NCBI GenBank assembly: GCA_964597725.1
Contig: CAZQZA010000001.1
Coordinates: 1-38,184 of the forward strand
Source of the DNA: an uncultured Dehalococcoidales bacterium
Lineage (GTDB): Bacteria > Chloroflexota > Dehalococcoidia > Dehalococcoidales > JAUVZE01
Direction of reading: 5' to 3'
Length of the DNA stretch: 38,184 nt
Each line of letters starts with the position of its first letter. Position 1 is the first letter of the stretch. Made by a program: the position numbers and the translations under genes. The notes beneath the pieces are model-generated. The model did no database searches. It saw nothing but the letters and a program-made list of their open reading frames with translations, and was not told the origin of the DNA. Shown here in pieces: positions 33,743-38,184 of this stretch.

Positions 33743-33857
33743 TGCCTTTACCAAGGTTGTGTTAAAAAATTTAAAAGTGAACTATAGAGGATACATTCCT
33801 CCGCTAAGGAGGGATGTATAGAGCAGCTAGATAAGCATTTCACTTGAAGGATAGCAG

Positions 33858-34238
33858 TTACTGAGGAAGTGGCCTATCCATCCCTTCGTGGTCATAGCCA
33901 CACTGTGTCGTTCTGGGTAGCATGTGAAAGAGAGGTTCTTTCTCCACCGAGTCGATTTGAATAGCACAGGGGGCCATACTCACAATGAAGCCGAGTAGCG
34001 CCATACTCCAAGTGCTGTCATTGACAGTACGCTGGCTCAAGGCCTGATAAAAGTGAAAAGGAAGCTCCCTTCCTAATGTAACCAAGATGCCAAGCAAGTA
34101 TATGAATGCCCCTGCCGAAATCCAGAGATAAGAGCCAAACCCCGGAGTTTGAAGAAAGTCGGCAAGGAGCATACCCGAAAATCCAGCCACAAGTCCCAGC
34201 AAGACATAGGCAAATAGACGGAAAAAGGAGAATATCAA
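33858..34238 (-). CDS. Hypothetical membrane protein, possibly a truncated DsbD_2/TauE-like fragment
   Basis: 126-aa ORF with about 3 hydrophobic segments. FAYVLLGLVAGFSG and a later ...APC... weakly resemble DsbD_2-type transmembrane proteins. The N-terminal Cys motif and the C-terminal half are absent. Confidence 0.3.
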   Translation of the reverse strand: MIFSFFRLFAYVLLGLVAGFSGMLLADFLQTPGFGSYLWISAGAFIYLLGILVTLGRELPFHFYQALSQRTVNDSTWSMALLGFIVSMAPCAIQIDSVEKEPLFHMLPRTTQCGYDHEGMDRPLPQ

Positions 34239-34450
34239 AGTCGCTTTTAGTCCCTCCCTTCACCTCTCTCTCGTTCCAGCTACATATAGGGCTAACATTG
34301 GCACGCAGGAGATTGCACACTGACTAGCACCCACGACCAGCCCGGCTATAAACAGCTCCATAGCAACGTTCGTCTGATGGCTCACAATTTTACTATGTAG
34401 AATACACCCTTAATTATAACTCCAAAAAGCACCCGCCACTAAATTTGTTT

Positions 34451-34708
34451 CTATTGTTTCGCATGAGTCTTTGTGAGGGATTGGAGAAAACTGACCTGTC
34501 TCATATTGTGCAGCAGTGTGGGACTATCACCACCGGTATCGAACAAAATAGACTTTTGGAGAAGCCTCGTCAGATAAGAGAAACCCCAAGCTGCGCGTAG
34601 TCGATTATCAAGCTCATTATTATCATAGGCAATAATGAGCTCATCTGACCTTGATTCAGGTACTGATTGAGGAGGGAATATAGTAGGCGCTTTTACCAAG
34701 AGAACCAC
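34451..34708 (-). pseudogene. N-terminal fragment of an MBL-fold (metallo-beta-lactamase-like) protein
   Basis: LIIAYDNN...LRAAWGFSYL......SILFDTGGDSPTLLHNMRQ resembles the first ~55 residues of MBL-fold hydrolases. The ORF ends before the HxHxDH motif. Confidence 0.4.
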
Positions 34709-35081
34709 TTTCCACAGCGAACAGGATAACCTTCACTTCGTCATTTAGTTTACTATTCAAAGTAACCCCAAAGATCACCTCAGCTATTGTATCCACTCTT
34801 TTCTTAATCGTATCCACTGCGTCATTAACTTCTTTGAGAAGTAGGTCTGATGGTCCGGTTATATTAAATAGTACCTTTGTCGCTACCTTAAGCACCGATG
34901 CATCAATCAGGGAATTACTGAGAGCAGCCTGACAGGCATCAATAGCTTTATCTTTACCAGTACCACTGCCGGTAGAAATCAAGACTGGACCCTTCTGGTG
35001 CATAATAGTTCTAATATCGCTATAACTGATATCGATCTCACCGGTGGTTTGTATAAGCTCAGTGATACCTTGTATGGTATT
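34656..35081 (-). pseudogene. FtsZ-like C-terminal-half fragment (no GTP-binding N-domain)
   Basis: The frame is open from 35081, directly after a TAG. NTIQGITELIQTTGEIDISYSDIRTIMHQKGPVLISTGSGTGKDKA...VLFNITGPSDLLLKEVNDAVDTIKKRVDTIAEVIFGVTLNSKLNDEVKVILFAVESG aligns by eye with FtsZ from the T7-loop region to the end of the C-domain. The tubulin-signature GGGTGTG region is absent. Confidence 0.6.
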
Positions 35082-35165
35082 CTAGCTACAAAACAGGGTT
35101 TTGACAACTGACACAAAAGTTCTAGTCTGAACGTAACACCACTGTTAAGGATACCTATCCTAGAA

Positions 35166-35204
35166 TTAGGAAACCGCTGCTCTATCCACCTGAGCTACAG
35201 GGAC
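35166..35204 (-). pseudogene. 5' half of a tRNA-Arg(CCU) gene, truncated after the anticodon loop
   Basis: The minus strand reads GTCCCTG-TA-GCTC-AGGTGGATA-GAGC-A-GCGGT-TTCCTAA, giving an acceptor 5' arm, a complete D-arm, an anticodon 5' stem and a loop with CCT. The next bases (TTCTA) cannot pair with GCGGT. I found no T-arm or acceptor 3' arm within several hundred nt. Confidence 0.6.
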
Positions 35205-35287
35205 AGCCCATCAAGAACTAAGTATACGCTGTGCGGACATGTAGGTCAAGCACACCAGAGGGCGATTACATTTCTAGGGAGCGTTGC

Positions 35288-35313
35288 ATATTACCCGCTG
35301 TTGCGGGTAATAT
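35288..35313. repeat. Perfect 11-bp-arm inverted repeat ATATTACCCGC-tgtt-GCGGGTAATAT
   Basis: Read directly from the sequence. It lies between the tRNA fragment and the MFS gene, about 90 nt upstream of the MFS start. There is no flanking U/T tract on either strand. Confidence 0.6.
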
Positions 35314-35403
35314 TAAGCAATAGGTCAAGGCGCTTCTATTAACAGAGCCTTTCCCTCTAAAGACTCAGCTTGAGAGATATGCAGGAATATACTTTGCCGG
35401 ATA

Positions 35404-36696
35404 ATGATTATGGATAAAAAACACCCCAGGATATTCTACGGCTGGTGGGTTGTTGGCGCCTGTTTTTTAATTGCGCTATATGTGAGTGGGATTATCTTCT
35501 ATGGGTTCACGGCTATCTTTGAGCCGATAGCAGATGAGTTTGGCTGGAGCTACACCCAGATTTCACTGGCCGCTTCGCTACGTGGCTTGGAGATAGGCCT
35601 TCTTGCCCCCCTCCTAGGATTACTGGTTGACCGCTGGGGGCCAAGAAGGCTGATATTCAGCGGGTCAATCATTATTGGTCTGGGTCTAATACTGCTGAGC
35701 CGTACCACCTCCCTTGGCATGTTCTATGGCGCCTTTATCCTAGTGACTATAGGCGTGAGTACCTGTAGCGGCACAGTATTGATGACAGCGGTGGCCAACT
35801 GGTTCCGTAGAAAAGTGGGGCTGGCTACTGGCATTATGACTTGCGGTTGGGGATTTAGCGGCCTCCTAGTTCCCCTGGTAGTCAGACTTATCGACATATT
35901 TGAGTGGCGAATGACGATGGTTATCCTCGGCCTCGGTGTCGTGGTCATAGGGATGCCCCTCTCGCTCCTGGTTCGGCACAAGCCGGAACAATATGGCTAC
36001 CAGCCGGATGGTGAGATGAACAGTAGTACCATTCCCGACGAAGGTCTGACCCCAGCCCCAACTGCCGAGGTGGGTATCGGAGCTAAACAGGCCCTAAAGA
36101 GCAGTACCTTCTGGCACATAGTGCTGGCACTAACGTGTTACTCACTGATACTGAATGCCGTGGTTACCCATGTAATGCCTTATCTCAATAGCGTTGGCAT
36201 CACCAGGATAATGTCCGGCCTGGTGGCCAGCGCTATCCCGCTGTTGAGTATTAGCGGGCGTCTTGGTTTTGGCTGGCTTGGAGACAAATTTGATAAGAGG
36301 TGGGTAGCAGCCGGCGCTTTCGCCGCAATGGGCCTAGGTTCACTCTGTTTCGGCTATGCTTCCAGTGACGGAACCTGGCTACTGGTGCCTTTCCTCGTTC
36401 TTTTTGGGATTGGCTACGGGGGCAACAGTACCATGAGAGCGACTCTTTTACAAGAATACTTTGGCAGAAGCAAGTTCGGCACCATCTTTGGTTTTGCCAT
36501 GGGCATAATGATGTTGGGACAGGCGATAGGTGCGCCTCTGGCTGGCTGGGTATTTGATACTTGGGGTAGTTATCAAGGTATTTGGTTGGTGTTTGCTGGC
36601 TTGGCGGTTATCGCTCTAGCCCTCGTTGCCACCACACCCAGACTTCACTCCAGTCCAATGGAAGGTCAATTTGAAGGTACTACACCAATCGATTGA
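35404..36696 (+). CDS. MFS transporter (oxalate/formate antiporter-like subfamily)
   Basis: 430 aa with about 12 predicted hydrophobic segments. The N-terminus RIFYGWWVVGACFLIALYVSGIIFYGFTAIFEPIADEFGWSYTQISLA is typical of OFA-type MFS proteins. Confidence 0.8.
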   Translation: MIMDKKHPRIFYGWWVVGACFLIALYVSGIIFYGFTAIFEPIADEFGWSYTQISLAASLRGLEIGLLAPLLGLLVDRWGPRRLIFSGSIIIGLGLILLSRTTSLGMFYGAFILVTIGVSTCSGTVLMTAVANWFRRKVGLATGIMTCGWGFSGLLVPLVVRLIDIFEWRMTMVILGLGVVVIGMPLSLLVRHKPEQYGYQPDGEMNSSTIPDEGLTPAPTAEVGIGAKQALKSSTFWHIVLALTCYSLILNAVVTHVMPYLNSVGITRIMSGLVASAIPLLSISGRLGFGWLGDKFDKRWVAAGAFAAMGLGSLCFGYASSDGTWLLVPFLVLFGIGYGGNSTMRATLLQEYFGRSKFGTIFGFAMGIMMLGQAIGAPLAGWVFDTWGSYQGIWLVFAGLAVIALALVATTPRLHSSPMEGQFEGTTPID

Positions 36697-38005
36697 AAAC
36701 TAGTCCTGCCGGTAGTTTAGGGTAAAAATAGGTTGCTTTCCTGGGCATCCGGTCATCAGCATCGGCAATGGCTTTGATTTCCTCTGCCCTAACCGGACTT
36801 AATAGAAAGGCTAGTTGATATTCCTGGTCTAATACCCTGTTTACCGCGTCCTGTCTATCATGGCAATAGCCAAGGATTGCCTCTTCCCGCTCACTCCTCA
36901 GTCCTAGGAGCTCCTCCAGTATGATATGGTCAAGGATACTAACATCCAACCTCTTGTATAGCTCAGAATGAAAGTGTGGCATCATTTGGCTAGTAATAGT
37001 GAAGTCATGCAACTTTAGCACAATAAGGTATTCGGCTGCCAGGCCAAAGACGACCAGGCTAACCTGGTTTGACCCTTTCACCTTTGTATCAGCTAGTAGA
37101 CCATCGGCCTGCTGCCATGTACCAGGCATCTTTAGTGGCAACTTCTCTATTTCAAAGAATGACCTCAGCTTAGCCATCAACTCGCTCATAGTTGATTCTG
37201 ACAGACCACGAATCAGTCGGTGAGGAGGTAGGATGACCAGCCCAGGGTCAAAGAAATCTACCAGTGTCATCATCACAAAATTAAACGCTTCATCTCCTGA
37301 TGATGGTGAGGAGCAGGCACGCCTCTCACGCTGGTAGTTGAGAGCACTCTCGTAGCGATGATGCCCATCGGCGATGTAGAGTGGCTGATGAGCTAGACTA
37401 CTAGCTATCTGTTCGATAACCCCAGGCTCGGTGATAGCCCAAACATTATGACCTTCTCCATTGGCATGACTTAAGCTAATTATCGGCTGGTTTGACTTCT
37501 GTGCTGCTAGCAATGAAGAGACCTGCTGCCTCTGGTCTTCATATAGCACCAAGATTGGGCTGGTGTTAGCTTGGAGTGCCCACAGTAGGTTTAGGCGGTC
37601 ACCCTTAGGCTTAACTAGCGTGCCCTCATGAGGACGAATAACCTTCTTATCCCATTCCTCCAGCCTAACACGGCAGGTTATACCCCGGCGTCTGTATTCC
37701 TTTCCCTGGTAGGTAAAATAGTGGTCATGGAGGTAGATTGCTGGTACCTCATCAACCTTAAGGATACCTTGCTCTAGCCACTGCTCCAGCGTAGTTGCCG
37801 AACGAGAATATTTGTTGACCGTCGCCGTGTCTGTGGGCAACTCCCGACCATACTCCAGTCGAATAAAGTTATACTGGCTTCGGTGGTAAAACTCTTGCTG
37901 CATTTGTGGGGGGATAATATCGTATGGGGGGCAGATAACCGCAGTTAAGTCACTAATTATCTGTTGATTATACCGCACTCCGTGAAAGGGATAAATCTCA
38001 GCCAC
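36680..38005 (-). CDS. DUF1015 family protein
   Basis: 441 aa. The N-terminal IYPFHGVRYN...ICPPYDII and the internal YIADGHHRYESAL are characteristic of DUF1015. Its 3' end overlaps the convergent MFS gene by 17 nt. Confidence 0.8.
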   Translation of the reverse strand: MAEIYPFHGVRYNQQIISDLTAVICPPYDIIPPQMQQEFYHRSQYNFIRLEYGRELPTDTATVNKYSRSATTLEQWLEQGILKVDEVPAIYLHDHYFTYQGKEYRRRGITCRVRLEEWDKKVIRPHEGTLVKPKGDRLNLLWALQANTSPILVLYEDQRQQVSSLLAAQKSNQPIISLSHANGEGHNVWAITEPGVIEQIASSLAHQPLYIADGHHRYESALNYQRERRACSSPSSGDEAFNFVMMTLVDFFDPGLVILPPHRLIRGLSESTMSELMAKLRSFFEIEKLPLKMPGTWQQADGLLADTKVKGSNQVSLVVFGLAAEYLIVLKLHDFTITSQMMPHFHSELYKRLDVSILDHIILEELLGLRSEREEAILGYCHDRQDAVNRVLDQEYQLAFLLSPVRAEEIKAIADADDRMPRKATYFYPKLPAGLVFNRLV

Positions 38006-38184
38006 GCTTACTTGAACCTCGGCTAACTAGGCCTATAGGAAAGTGGTTTGTCAATGACCTTAGTTTACCCTATGCTCTAGGCAAAGCGCAAGTTCAGCTA
38101 AAAGATACCCTTTTTACCAAATAACCAAAATGTCCATTATGGTGTCATCATGAGAAGGTTCCTCGTAATAGTAACCTGGTTTGG

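Noticed and set aside
34900-35204. Group-I-intron-interrupted or split tRNA-Arg(CCU), rather than a truncated gene.
   Set aside because: I found no sequence able to form the anticodon 3' stem (ACCGC), the T-arm (GGTTCGAAT-like) or the acceptor 3' strand downstream. The downstream DNA instead encodes an FtsZ-like frame.
1-38184. Search for CRISPR arrays, IS elements, transposases or integrases, toxin-antitoxin or defence-system genes, and rRNA.
   Set aside because: None were recognised. The only repeats seen are the coding hexanucleotide repeat, the hairpins, the shared promoter motif and the crotonase remnant described above.

Overview
This 38.2-kb window is almost fully coding and is dominated by minus-strand catabolic genes. 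I saw no rRNA, CRISPR array, transposase or integrase. The gene content suggests an anaerobe, but the taxon cannot be determined from the sequence alone.

Left part (102-7795):
- A ModE-N-terminal-like regulator.
- A minus-strand operon encoding a TRAP transporter (P-Q-M), a corrinoid protein and a non-pyrrolysine MttB-family methyltransferase.
- Divergent from this operon, on the plus strand: a MarR gene, a truncated XdhC-like ORF and a MocA-like molybdenum cofactor cytidylyltransferase.

Centre (7890-33617): 20 intact same-strand ORFs plus one gene remnant.
- Two complete three-subunit xanthine-dehydrogenase-family Mo hydroxylases and a CoxG-like protein.
- A hydantoinase/dihydropyrimidinase-type cyclic amidohydrolase and a nitrilase-superfamily C-N hydrolase.
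- Two NDP-forming acyl-CoA synthetase homologues, three crotonases and an OYE/2,4-dienoyl-CoA-reductase-type flavoprotein.
- A fused GctAB-like family-I CoA-transferase-fold protein and two family-III CoA-transferase paralogs.
- A GcdA/MmdA-type carboxyltransferase and a thiolase/DUF35 pair.

Right part (33858-38005): a patch of gene fragments (FtsZ C-terminal half, MBL-fold N-terminus, 5' half of tRNA-Arg(CCU)), then an MFS transporter and a DUF1015 protein.

Main hunt results:
1. The central cluster looks like an undescribed CoA-thioester-dependent route for an N-heterocyclic carboxylate.
2. The TRAP/corrinoid/MttB operon and the Mo-hydroxylase operon carry homologous promoters, with a 13/14-identical 14-nt motif at the same offset. 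A third copy overlaps the -10 box of the ModE-like gene. This suggests one regulon, possibly for a methylated heterocyclic betaine.
3. All three CoA-transferase-fold proteins appear to lack their canonical catalytic carboxylate.
4. The cluster looks mosaic, from differing composition and gene order between its halves and from a crotonase gene remnant.

All homology calls are by-eye motif recognition, not database searches.
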